DNA of 64,000 bases from Ylistrum balloti (lineage: Eukaryota): contig NW_026782736.1 of assembly GCF_031769215.1 (NCBI RefSeq), positions 1-64,000 of the forward strand, given 5' to 3'. A model generated the notes under the pieces. It made no database searches, was not told where the DNA came from, and worked only from the letters and a program-made list of their open reading frames with translations. The translations under genes were made by a program, and so were the position numbers. This document shows positions 37,510-50,811 of the stretch, one piece after another (the stretch's first letter is position 1; every line of letters begins with the position of its first letter).

Positions 37510-40500
37510 AAATTTCTACAGGAAAGCTTTAAAATGTCTTTATATATGACACCACTGCCGGACCAGCAGGCGTTGAGGTGGGGGTCCATGCTGGTAGGTT
37601 CACGTTTACGTGTTACTAGTTAACGTGTTGTTAACTTGTTACTTGGGAAACTGTCCTCTATTTTCATGTATGAACCTTTCACTCAACTTCTATTTTCTCA
37701 ATTTTCTTCCCAAACACACTTTTTTTACACATAGAAAAGATAAGTACATGTTGAATTCTTTACTACCTCTCTAAGATAAAAAGAATCTGCTTAATATTGT
37801 ATATATACGACAGACGAAAACAGAGTTATGTAAGCATCACAGAAGTTTTTCTTTTTTCAAACCATTTTTTTTATATTGTTCATTCACGAATATATCAAAA
37901 ATTTACTTCCCTACAGCGCTTGTTTAGCTGTAGACAAATTCAGGCGTTTCTCTCCTCAACTCAAGCGTGCACAGGTAGAATGAAACTCGTCATGCCTACT
38001 AATGTTAAATCAAGGGCTGCTACTACATGGTTTTGATGTCGGTGATCTGAAACGGTTATAATTTTGTCAATTTTTAAATATTTTTTCATCGTTTTTGGAT
38101 TATAATATTAATTTTTTATAATATTAAATTATGTTTGTGTATATATATAAAGCAGATTTGAAAATACGTGAACAGAAAAGAAAACCGTTGCAATTCAGGA
38201 TGTGATAGTTTTAATCATGTTGAGTTATGGATTAAACCTATTTATAACTTAGGAAGATTCCTAATTTCGAAACCGCAAAAATAACCCGCTTACATTGTGT
38301 CACAACATACAGACTTTTAAAGAATATTTATTCAAGATACACCAATATACAAATACATCTGCCAACAATTCCTTAATACACTACTAAACTTTATATTTTG
38401 ATTCAATATTATCATTTCCATATTTGTATTCATTTCTATTTTTAAATTTTATACCGGTCAGGTTCAATACAACTTGTTTTTGTTCCGCAATAACTGTGTT
38501 TAGATAGAGGTTAACTGGCCTTTGTGCTATCTCTGAAACTACTGCATTACACCAATATACTTCAAATAACACATTCACTGAATCTGTAGTGGTATTAAGG
38601 AACAACACAAGTAACCCCGCGAGACGTAGTAGTCACTCTGGCCATTCCAGACAGCATCACTACCTTATCTTTAGGAACAACTTCTGTTTGGTCTGGTTAA
38701 AAAGATCCAAATGGAAATAAGTGTTTTACCGCTTTTTTGGGAAATCCTAGGTTATATGTACTTTTGTCTTTATTAATAATTATAACTAGCTGATACATTA
38801 AAGATATAGCTAACAGAACCATTAAATCCTTGATGTATTTCCAAGCTTACAAAAGAGCTTATTGAAGAAGGTCACAAACACCTCGCCAAATTGTTTAATT
38901 TCACTTTCATATATATTTAAATGCATGTAGTCTGAAAATAACAAATATTTATTTACTACGTCCATCATATATACCCACCAGAACTGGAAATCAAAGACAC
39001 AGACTCTTCTTCATTAGCCGATGATTTCAATTTCCCTATTGTGAATTTTCCTTCATGGATAGCATAACCCCTGCAAAACTTACTTGGAATGACCAAGAAT
39101 TACATGGAGAGTGTCATCAATGAAACAGAAGACGCTCACTTTTCAGAAACACCTGGTCTTATTCTGGATATTAGATTATGATTATGCTGACATGTTTGTA
39201 TTTTCCTTTTTTCTTACACCACATGTCATTTTCATTAGCAACAACAGCATCAGAAGTTCCCATGACTCAGCAAGGAAAATAGGTCACCCTATCAGTATAA
39301 ATCTTCAACTTTTGTTCTGACCATTTCTGAATTTAGTAGGGCATTCCTGTGTAACTATTTCAGTCTGTGTGTATTTTGCAAATCATATATATTTGCTGTT
39401 GTAAGTGGCAGCAGTACTGTTCCATATATGTACGTTCAGCAGTGGGCAGGTGTGTAAGAGAAATCATATATATATATATATGCACTCTATACATGATAAT
39501 GGTTTACATAAAATAACAGAAATCAGCACACTTGGCCAAAATACCATGTACAGTAACAACCATTTTCAGCATTCCTGCATTCTCATAAAAAAATTAGAAA
39601 TCATTTATATAAATAATATTTGTATTTAGGAGAACTAGAATACTTTCTTGTCCATTACCCTGACTTAAATCCGCATATATGTAAGTTTCAGGGTTGTCTA
39701 TTTCATGACACCTCAAAAGTACAAATGTACTGTAATAGGGATGTAGGTTTCATTGGACCAACATAGTTACAACTAGAGGCTCCATCTAGAAAGACATTAA
39801 AAATGTCAGAGTTTGATAAATTCTTGTAGGATCTGCTGGTCGAAAACCAGTTTGACTTTTGTTTGTCAGTCTGTCTCTCCATCATCCAGCTGCTAGCAAT
39901 ATCCATTCTCCTAAATGGATATTACAATATAAGATACAGGATCTCAACTTGTCATCTGACAGATTTGACTATATTTCAATATATGGAGTACATGTTGTAC
40001 TATTATTGGGTAAAATTAGATGACAATTGTTTTTTCCCAAACACCATGTTTTGAAGAAATGGAGGGTTATTTCCCTTTGTTTTTTCAGGGATATCTCTCT
40101 CAATTTCAGACCAACATCAGCTCTTCCTGAATAACATTTAGATTCAATTGTATTTTCAATGTTGTCCAGAGATTTCTTCTCTCAGATTTTGACCTATTTT
40201 GATCTCTTTAAAACTTGGTATGCTTTTTTCTAAAATTTATAAGTACTTGCCCATTGCATAATGACTCCACAATTTATCAAAAAGTTTCACCTTTCTTTTA
40301 GTAGTATTAGTAACATGAAATTAAACATTTTTCCAGTGGCATATTGATAAGAATATTTTGTTTCATTTCTATGTTTGGATAAATTATTTCTGTCTCTTAA
40401 GAATAGCATAGGAAACATGTATATTGTTTTGCCCTCTTATGCTGCTGTTAGCAACTATCAGTAAATATTCCTGTTTATAGTCGATCTGTGATATACAATG

Positions 40501-40526
40501 ATTTATCTTGCGATATAGTTAATTTC

Positions 40527-41690
40527 CAGTTGTGCTGACTAGTATAGTTACAGATACTTATGTCCTGTATCCAGTTGTGCTGACTAGTATAATTACAGAT
40601 ACTTATGTCCTGTATCCAGTTGTGAGGACTAGTGTAATTACAGATACTAATGTCCTGTATCCACTTGTGAGAACTAGTATAATTACAGATACTTATGTCC
40701 TGTATCCAGGTTAGTGACTAGTATAATTATAGATACTTATGTCTTGTATCCAGTTGTGAGGACCAGTATAATTACAGATACTTATGTCCTGTATTCAGTT
40801 GTGCTGGATAGTGTAATGACACATACGTATGTTCTGTATTCAGTTGTGAGGACTAGTATAAATATAGATACTTATGTCCTAAATCCAGTTGTGCTGACTA
40901 GTGTAAGGACAGATACTGATGTCCTAAATTCAGTTGTGCTGACTAGTGTAATGACAGATACTGATGTCCTGTATGAAGTTGTGCTGACTAGTATAATTAC
41001 AGATACCTATGTCTTGTATCCAGTTGTAAACACTAGTATAATTATAGATACTTATGTCCTGTATCCAGTTGTGCTGACTAGTGTAGTTACAGATACTTAT
41101 GTCCTGTATCCAGTTGTGTTGACTAGTATAATTATAGATACTAAGGTCTTGTATCTAGTTGGGCTAACTAGTGATATTACAGATGCTTATGTCCTGTATC
41201 CAGTTGTGCTGACTAGTATAATTACAGATACTTATGTCCTGTATTCAGTTGTGCTGACTAGTGTAATTATAGATACTTATGTCCTGTATCCACTTGTGAG
41301 GACTAGTATAATTACAGATACTTATGTCCTGTATCCACTTGTGAGAACTAGTGTAATTACAGATACTAATGTCCTGTATCCACTTGTGAGAACTAGTATA
41401 ATTACAGATACTAATATCCCGTATTCAGTTGTGCTGACTAGTGTAATTACAGATACTGATGTCCTTTATCCAGTTGTAAACACTAGTATAATTATAAATA
41501 CTTATGTCCTGTATCCAGTTGTGCTGACTAGTGTAGTTACAGATACTTATGACATGTATCCAGTTGTTAGGACTAGATAAATTACAGATACTTATGTCCT
41601 GTATCCAGTTGTGCTGACTAGTATAATTATTGATACTTCTGTCCTGTACCCAGTTTGTCTGACTAGCATAATTACAGATACTGATGTCTT
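40527..41690. repeat. 45-bp minisatellite (ccagttgtgctgactagtataattacagatacttatgtcctgtat), about 25 units
   Basis: Tandem repetition; the ORF track shows a 15-aa period. Confidence 0.95.
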
Positions 41691-42167
41691 ATTCGACAAT
41701 TAAACATTACCCCTATTTCCTGTGAGAATATTCAATTTCATATATAAATCAGAGCAAGAAAAGAAGAAGAAAAAATGACAAAGATCACAGCATTTACTGA
41801 AAAATGATTTATAGATTCATCCGTTCCCCTACATCAGTCCCAACATTGCTTCTGATGTATATTACTTCCCCAGTTCTCAAGGGTACAATTACTGAAATAC
41901 CAGATTTGTTGTTCATTACAATTACTTTTACTATTATACAAAGCTAACACAATGTACTCTGTGAGAGATTGTGAAATGTACCATATCAAATCTATATCAA
42001 CATTATTATGTCACTCAAACTTACAGATGAAGTGTGTGTGTATGTTTCATTTTGTATTTCGTAAGAGAGTTTTTCAATTTTAATATCTGCAAGTATACAC
42101 AACAATTAATTATCAATTATTAATTGTTAGTTATTATTATTTCTATTCAGGTTTTCCTGTCTTCATC

Positions 42168-43450
42168 ATGGCAACACCCGTGACTGCTTTCTGTCCTAAT
42201 GGTGTAAAAACATGAATTCACCATAGAGAGAAACAACTGGAACTTTACTGTGAGAAATGTCAGGAACCCATTTGTCCAAAATGCATTACTTCCATTCATA
42301 AAAGCCACACTGTTTGTGAGCTTAGTGAAATCACTCCTCATAAGAAACAAGATACTACAATCTTTATCAATAAAACAGAACAAAATGACCTGGTACAAGT
42401 CAGGGAATGTATGACTTCTGCTGATTCATTACTTCAGTAATTTTGAGAAACTTTAACACCAACTAAAACCTCAAACAGATAAATTAAAACATGAACTTGA
42501 TCTATTTACAGCACAGACACTCTCAGTTTATAAACAGATGGAAGAGGACAACACCAGGATGATACAGAAATACAAAAAAGAACTGGAGATGTACGACAAA
42601 CAGCTGAAACAACAACAGGAATGTAAGGTGACTCTACAACATAGTTCTCACCTGGACATCTATGACACAGAAATACATTCCTCATTACATCTCCCTTTAA
42701 ATTCTGTCCTGGGTACGGTCATCTTCACACCTAACACAAATCCACAACATCATCTACAACAGGCCTTAGGGACGATTATCACCTAAGGTCAAATAACTGA
42801 CCAGGATCGGTCAGTCTCAGTATCACATGACCAGGGACAATCCTCTAAACAACAACAAACAGGAGTAAAAGGGAAGAAAGCAGTAACAGGTAAAAATCTA
42901 CTGTCAGAGACCAAAGTGGTGAAGGAGTGGAAGTCTCCATGTAACATTTGGTCTATATGTCCCACCACTGATGTGGACCAGTGATTACAGTGATACATTA
43001 ACTCTCCTTAACAGGGAGGATGAAGTAGTACAGTGGGTCAAACACAAGGCTGGCATCAGTCTATCACCCACAACACACACTCTGTGGGTCTGTGACGGAG
43101 AACACAACATCATGGATCTGGTATCAGGACGACTTACAAATTCAGAACCAAGGAGGAACCCCAGTGTATATGTGTTACAGCAAGTAACCATATCATTGTG
43201 GGGATGAAGTAACACATCTGTAAATTTACTACACAAGGTCAAATGGTACTAACTACAGTGGCTGTAGGGACTGAGAAACCATTAGTGTATACACCATACA
43301 GGATGTTAGAGTGTCCAGTAACTCGCAATGTCACAGTGATTGATTTCAACAGAGAAAGTGATGGTGGTGATAGAAACGGACGGGTTGTTGTCATGGATAC
43401 CGACTTCCAGGAAGTGTTTGTATATAGAGGTGACATCCCCTATGCAATTG
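42168..43450 (+). pseudogene. B-box / coiled-coil / beta-propeller TRIM-like pseudogene
   Basis: After acceptor ttctattcag (42150): MATPVTAFCPNGVKT*IHHREKQLELYCEKCQEPICPKCITSIHKSH is a B-box with its first Cys replaced by TGA. Coiled-coil follows (QMEEDNTRMIQKYKKELEMYDKQL), then NHL-like fragments with stops and frameshifts. Confidence 0.82.
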
Positions 43451-44494
43451 ATTCTACTTCTTTAGTAAACCGTATCGCAATAAGAATAACAAAGGTTTGA
43501 TAGTACTATGAATGGTAGTAAGGGGTTTGGATAAGTTTTGTTTGAACATCAAGACCAGCCAGCCATTTATATGGATTCTTGTGAAGTTAAAGAATCCAAT
43601 GTAAACTAAGATTGTACGAAAGACACAAGTGTATAGCACATTTTAATTCAAAATTAGAGATAGATACAGTAAAGTCCCCACTCCACCCCCAAAGCCCCTC
43701 GCCCCCCGGTCAAAAAAATGAAATAAGAAATAGAAATAAATAAATCATAAATAGATCATTCTTATATCATCACGTGATCATTAAGTTTCTTAAGTTATCT
43801 GGAAAAAGAGTAATGAGAAAGAAATGTCAAATATATTTTATTACAATATGTGCTCCACACGCTTCGATAGTAGTATCTACAACCAGAAGTTACGTTTTAA
43901 AACACTGTTTGCAACAAACTACAAACTCCTCTGATAATGTCGCATATGCACGTGAATAAATCATGTGTGTGTTATATTGAAAATTTGCGATTAATAACCT
44001 TTCACAAACATACTTTGTTATCTCTCTGTATAATCGTTATCAAGACGATCATGGTTCCTGGTGACGTTATGAGATCATAAATGTTTAATCCTGAGATGAT
44101 GTCTGATGATAAAACATTTTCCTCCTGATCGATACAACTAGCCTTTAAATATCTATCTATCTATCTATCTATATATATATATATAAACTTATGTATTAAT
44201 TATTCACTTCATAACTATCCTTGACTAGTTTGCTAGTACACATCATTTTTTGATATGTCGTAACAGGTTTATCAATATGTCACTGAATGGAACATGAATA
44301 GGATATCCCAGGAGGGGGAGATGGGCAGCATTGAAAATAAGAAACATATCAATAAGGTAATTGTAAACTACTCAGCGTCGTGGAATTGAAGGAAAGGCAG
44401 ATTGCTATCGGATGGTGCGGTTTGTTATATCGAAGGAGAGAAAGTCCTGATGCAGTCGCTCTCAATAGATTTTTAATGATCGTAACGTACCGAA

Positions 44495-47400
44495 ATGTTT
44501 TACGATTTAAAGATTGCTATTTTCGGATTCTGTCAGATGCTATCTCTTTGCCACCTAGTGATAACAGTAACATACTCATCTATTCGTGGATTTGCGACAG
44601 GTGGTATAACAGACCTCTACCCACAACGTCCTGTCGACAAGGTCATACCTGAAAACATCTCAATGTATCTTTGCTTCATTAAGTGTGAAAGGAATATAAA
44701 GTGTATGTCGCTATTTACTAATGCTGGACAGTGTCATCTGTATTATAGTGGATTTGTGGACAACACTGTACTATTACAAGAACCAGGGTGGAAGTTCTAT
44801 AATATATATACAGGTAGGAATTCAACATTCACACTCAAATACATATTGTTATGAAGCTGTATTGCAAATTACATTAATCATTTGATGATGCTGTTTCTTT
44901 GTATTTATGTTGATAGGTGCTATTCATTTGTTTCCTTTGTACAGTCCAATGATATGATATGTAGAAATTGCTGCTGGTGGGATTTAGTCAAGATGGTTAC
45001 CGAAACTGCACGCATCTTATTCATGTCTCTTTATTGTGACACTATTTAACTTATTTACCTTAACTTCACGTTCTTTCCAAACAACAGAAAGTATTGCACA
45101 TGGGTCTCTCAGTTGGCAGACTGCACGAAAATCATGGTAATGTTAATATACCATTGAATCCACTGCGAAATGGAAAAGGATTTATATAAGTTGTTTAACT
45201 TGTTTCCAATTCCAGTTCCTATGTATACTTTGCTATGCATTATTCGCATGTTGTTATGGAATAAAAAAAGTTTATATTAATCCACTGCGACATGTAAACA
45301 ACGTAGATTACTTTACACTGCAGGTTTCTTGCTATCCAGAACTGGAGGATTCACTTTGAATTTCGCTGTAGGAAAAGATTAGAAAATGCAGCTGACTAAT
45401 AAATGTTTGCCCTTTCCTTGATTTCCAATTTTGGTGGATAAAACCATGGTCGTGATAAATAAATATCTTGTTATTTAAGACAATACGTCTCGAGTTATAC
45501 GGGTTTGAGATAACGAGATTCGAGGGTACACAGCATCTTTTTTCATCTTTTTACCAAACGACATACATAAGACAATATTTTCTATAAAGAGAAAAACTAT
45601 TTCATACCAGATGTAGTAAATACATTTGTGAGTAAGACAATCGATAGCTGTTGGTATATCCCCTAGGCTTCTGTCCTCATATGATATAAGCTGTTGTATC
45701 TCACTAGACATCTGTCCTTATATGTTATTAGCTGTTGTTGTCTCCCTAGACATCCGTCCTCATATGATATTAGCTGTTGGTGTCTTCCTAGACATCCGTC
45801 CTCACATGCAATTAGCTGTTGGTGTCTTCCTATACATCTGTCCTCATATGCAATTAGCTGTTGGTGTCTCCCTAGACATTCGTCCTCATATGTTATTAGC
45901 TGTTGGTGTCTTCCTAGACATCCGTCCTCATATGATATTAGCTGTTGGTGTCTCCCTAGACATCCGTCCTCATATGATATAAGCTGTTTTATCTCACTAG
46001 ACATCCGTCCTCATATGATATAAGCTGTTGTATCTCACTAGACATCCGTCCTCATATGATATTAGCTGTTGGTGTCTCTCTGGACATCTGTCCTAATATG
46101 TTCTTAGCTGTTGGTATCTCACTAGACATCTGTCCTCATATGTTTTTTAACTGTTTGTGTCTCCCTAGACATCCGTTCTTTCATGATATCAGCTGTTGGT
46201 ATCTCCCCTAGACATCCGTCCTGATATGATATTAGCTGTTGGTATCTCCCTAGACATTCATCCCGATATAATATTAGCTGTTGGTGTCTTCCTAGACATC
46301 CGTTCTCATATGTTATTAGCTGTTGGTGTCTCCCTAGACACCCGTCGTCATATGATATTAGCTGTTGTTTTCTCCACTAGACATCCGTCCTCATGATATT
46401 AAGTGTTGGTATCTCCCAGGTCACCCAACTGGTCCTATTCTTATCGAATTTGGATTATGATTATGTTCACTTGTTGGTTTTCGATTAATAACTGATATTG
46501 ATGTCTCTCTTACAAAATGGTGTACAAATGTCAAAACAAATTAGCGTGATTATCCTTCAGAAAACAAACAAGAAAAACTCAAAAGAAAAAGAAAGAAAGT
46601 AATAATGTGTGAATATATTTGTCACACACCAGACCGTTTGATGTTTTGTTTTTTTCAAGATGGTTGTCCTATTACCGATGGCTACATACAGAGCAGACAA
46701 TTAGGACTGTGCTATAAACTACACCTTGGAGGAGTGAGAAACTCGTATGATTTTATGTCGACATGTCAATCAGAAGGCGGAGAATTACTGCGCATCACAT
46801 CCCAGGAAATACAGGATCACATCGCCGATTTCCTAAGTATACACACCTTTTATAAGTCAGATATTGTGATATTCTTGATTAGATTTCTTTGTTTTTTGTT
46901 CTTATATAATGATTTTGGCATCGCTAGTGTTTCATGATATCCTTTAAACAATAACTAAAAACGTATATAGTGATTGTCCTAACAGCAGTGATGGTATGCG
47001 TTTTATGTACTAATTATTGTAAATGCCCAAATTTGTCATTACGATTATTGGCTGCAAGTGACGATACATTACAATTTAAGTACAAATTAAGTACGTTTCA
47101 AGTTTTCGATCTGATAAACAAATTATACACTTATATCTATATATACACCGAAACAAATACATTACATTAAACTATAGTACAATATACATGACTTACTGTT
47201 TAGAAAACTTTGCCAGTGAATTTCGGACTCGTATAAACAATAGTTCATAAATAACTATTTTTCACCAAGGACACGAAGCAAATGGAACTAGGTTTGGCTT
47301 TTATTAACTAATTCTATTTACAAGTGTCTACTCTTAGTCTTCGTTACTGTATAACCAAAAACTTAAAAAAACGTTAACAGAAAATTGTTAGCAAACGCTT

Positions 47401-47775
47401 GACGATGACATGTGCCCTTTTTTAAATTACCAACGTAAGCATTGCTGAAATCCCCCCTACAAAAAATGCCTAATCAGCAAAACGGCTGTTAACACTTTGA
47501 CAGAACCTTTAGAGGTGCTCTTTATCTTCACAGCTGATGCGACGTACCATTTTCCAATACTGATTCAAGGGTCAGACCGCAACAGTGAAGGGACATTTAC
47601 ATTTGAGGACGGCACAGAATTGTCATACTTCAACTGGTATATCACAGAACCCAACAACCACTTGGGCGACGAAGATTTTATTTTCCTCATGCCCAATGAA
47701 GGATTCCGGTGGATTGATAGCGTTGACGTTGCAACAGCTGTCACCTCCTTCATCTGTGAAATAGCTATCGTGTGA
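44495..47775 (+). CDS. Putative secreted PAN/apple-like + C-type lectin protein, copy 1 (exons 44495-44813, 46660-46836, 47534-47775; 245 aa)
   Basis: Phase-1 GT-AG junctions (G|gtagga, tttcaag|AT, A|gtatac, cttcacag|CT) join into one ORF. Hydrophobic N-terminus; C-x3-C-x5-C..C PAN-like exon; CTLD motifs CYK..C.SEGGELL, IQG, F.F.DG, YFNW..EPN and FICE. Confidence 0.8.
45645..46417. repeat. 42-bp intronic minisatellite (ctagacatccgtcctcatatgatattagctgttggtgtctcc), copy 1
   Basis: Tandem repetition; the ORF track shows a 14-aa period. Confidence 0.95.
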
Positions 47776-48084
47776 CAGTAGATTGCAATATTGGTGATAT
47801 AAAATGCATGCCACGTTTTACTTCATATAGATAATATAAATACGCGGCTTTCTTTAATATTCTTTAATAACGAAAATTTAAATTATTTTGTGGTTGGTGC
47901 ACCTATTCTGATTTTTTTTTCTTAAATCATTTTTTTTATAATTCTAATATTCATGAAGCAGCTGAATGCACTGAAGAAAACACCGGAACAAAATCTTAAT
48001 TCAAACACAAATTGATGAAAATTGATCAAACTATGAACAAAGAAAGACTGACAGGGAGACTCCTGAAAAAGTAAAAGATGAGAT

Positions 48085-48287
48085 ACTGTTATTTGATAAC
48101 GTGATTGTGTTATTTGGGAACGTGCCTATTTTACTTGGGAACGTGATCATGTTATTTGGGAACGTGATCATGATATTTGATAACGTGATTTGTAATTTGG
48201 GAACGTAATTATGTTATTTGGGAACGTGATCATGTTATTTTGGAACGTGATTTTGTTATTTGGCACGTGATCGTGATATTTTGGAAC
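48085..48287. repeat. 21-bp minisatellite (ttatgttatttgggaacgtga), short version
   Basis: Tandem repetition; paralogue at 59950-60520. Confidence 0.9.
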
Positions 48288-48294
48288 ACATATA

Positions 48295-49735
48295 TCTAAT
48301 CCTAAATGCCGCACGGCCTATCCACGACTGTTGACTCAACGTGTCTGCAGCGCCGCAATCTTGGGAAGGTATTGCCGCTAGCGTCGTCAGACAATAGCTA
48401 CACAGAGGGCCTTATGCTAGAAATCCAACTAAAAATGTACCTCGGTCACTAGCCCACGTATCAACACAAATAATACTTCATTTGAAGCTGAGAAAAAGTT
48501 CTATGCTGTAGTCATCCCAAAGTGGAGTTATCGGGAATCAAAATTAACGAAAAAATAACGGAAATATTCAAAATATAAGAATTATTGAACACAAAATATA
48601 CTCCCCATCTATTTTGCATAGGATAATTTTTAACAATAAACTGACATATAATAACCCACCCTATCCAAAAAAGAGGGAAAAAACCAATGAAATAAAACAA
48701 TTAAGAAATGATAAATAGAATTTTATTCAAATTTATCCTTTTTTAAAGATAGTAATAGATAACTAGAATGTGGCAATGAAAAAGGCTATATTGAAGCGAA
48801 CATTTGGATCTATGGACCTGGTCCCTGGATAGGTGTTAACCCGAAAAATGAATTTATTTTTTAAACGGCTTACATATCAAAGTGCATTTGATTATATATC
48901 AGTGTCATTCATGCGACTTCATGATTTGTTGGACCTCATTTCAAATGGGGTGGGGGTGGGGAATAGGCCCTATCATAAAAAGGTAAAACGGACGAGGCAC
49001 ACATTCTGTAGAACATCAAATTTTGTACATGTTAGTAACTTGCTTGCTAGAGTATCCAAACAATCAGTCTAATGGCCCTTAAAAAGTATATTTTCACCAT
49101 GTACTTTCGAAACTTATGCCTAACACATAATGTGACATATATATACTTTTGTTGATTTTTCTGTGTAGACATGCGGAATAAATTACTTCACATTGTGTCA
49201 AGTAGACAATGAAACAAAAATATTCTTTGCCACTTAAAATGGAGCCATTAAAGGCACTGACAATCAGTGCTGACAGGCATCCGTGTACATGGTGTAGGTA
49301 TACTACAATATGTGTTAAAATACCATGTTATATTTAGCCATTGACAACTCTTAGATTAAGAGCTGAGCTCCTATTCCAAAACAAGCCACATTGAATCCTC
49401 TAAATACGCCACACAGGTGCTAATGACGCGTTAAACCTTAATTCACTCACTTACTATATAAGGTCAACCATAGGACTAACAATATTACGACCGTATTGTC
49501 ATTAAAACAACTCAAAATCCTTGCAAATACATGACTTACTTGTGAAAAGTGATGCCTCTGTTCCTTGTTTCCAATGAACACGTGTTTTTGGCATCCGCAG
49601 ACTGCACAATAGGAAGGCATGACGCCGATGTAACCGTGAAACTTCTTGTGTTTATGACAGCTTGTACAATACCTTCCCAAGATGGCTGGCCGCTAGACAA
49701 GTGACAGGTGCCGGCGCGCGGCATCTAGGATTAGA
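48295..49735. mobile_element. Putative non-autonomous DNA transposon with imperfect TIRs and TA flanks
   Basis: Ends ta|tctaatcctaaatgccgc and gcggcatctaggattaga|ta. Perfect subterminal 17-bp inverted repeat atcttgggaaggtattg (48358-48374) / caataccttcccaagat (49667-49683). No transposase recognised. Confidence 0.65.
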
Positions 49736-50082
49736 TATCTATGGGCGTCCGATCACAGTTAACATTTCTATATGGTCTACCAAAGTTAAACAAAAATTAA
49801 AAAAACTTTGCAAGGGATCTGGTTGTTACATCATGTTGGAGAACTATTCAAGACGAACCTACACCTAGCTGGAAAGTTTCACATGGTCTGCATTTAAGAA
49901 AGGCAATTCCATTCAAATGTCTCTATGTCCTCAAATTCACTTCTCGAGCCCCCAGGCACATTACTATTACTTACCACAAGTTGCCATAACCTGCACCCAC
50001 CGTTTTAAGCCATTCGAATACTGGTACATTTCCGAATGTATACAAATAGTTGGCGTCACCTAAAGTTATCAGATATATAGAG

Positions 50083-50811
50083 GTTCTTTCTACCATAACC
50101 TTTTAACGTAAAAATATATGTATTGTGTACAACATTGTTTCGCCCTCATTGACACTTTCGCGTAGGAATACATCGTATGTTGTCTGATTGGCTCATTAAT
50201 ATGCAAAAAGAGACAAAATCGCTATTTTTGATGCAAAAGACTTATTTATTCAGTAATATTGTTTGGAAACATCCCGTAACATTAGTTCATTGAAAGACGT
50301 TACAAAATTACACAAATTGTTTATCTTTCAAAAAAAAAAATTGTAACTAGATTTTATTGCGGATAAGACTAGTGCTTCTTCGCGGGAAAATGTGAATGCA
50401 GACACGATTAAGATGGCGTGTAATTTCGAGAACTTCTGATCACTTTCATCAGAACTGTACATCACAATATCAAAGTTGGGAAACCAAAATTACTGCATTT
50501 AGCAATTACTATCCCCTTTCCCCCTCCACACAGTTTTGCCGCATCACCGATCTTGACCGCCGGCAAGAATGACAGATCGTCACTGTCAGCCATGTTGATG
50601 ATGGACAGCAGACGATGAAAACAATCGCACGTGGCGAAAGTAGTTGGGCGTCACAGATCATTGTTGGGTCAAATGTTAATGCCTCGTCCAATAGATTTGG
50701 CTGTCAAAAATAATACACGTGTGTATTATGCGTATGAATAAACAATGGATATGGTGTTTAATGAATAGTCTGGGCGTGAGATAACATACGCAGGTTATGG
50801 TAGAAATGAAC
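50083..50811. mobile_element. Possible small inverted-repeat-bounded element
   Basis: gttctttctaccataacct (50083-50101) versus aggttatggtagaaatgaac (50792-50811), one indel. Confidence 0.4.

Larger units (their letters stand above)
43440..48290 (+). repeat. Segmental duplication copy 1 (paralogue at about 51975-60520)
   Basis: Colinear high similarity including introns and both minisatellites. Confidence 0.93.

Noticed and set aside
38300-40300. Possible decayed coding sequence on the minus strand
   Set aside because: Fragments are interrupted by many stops and match no family I can name.
44380-44652. 90-100 aa ORF overlapping lectin exon 1 in another frame (also 55915-56217)
   Set aside because: GTG start, no domain, and different stops in the two paralogues; the lectin frame explains the conservation.
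45663-46396. ORFs in the 42-bp repeat (also 57595-58283) and in the 21-bp repeat (59893-60536)
   Set aside because: Translations of intronic or intergenic minisatellites.
50480-50620. Minus-strand MADSDDLSFLPAVKIGD... as a gene start
   Set aside because: Short and unassignable; lies within a putative repeat.
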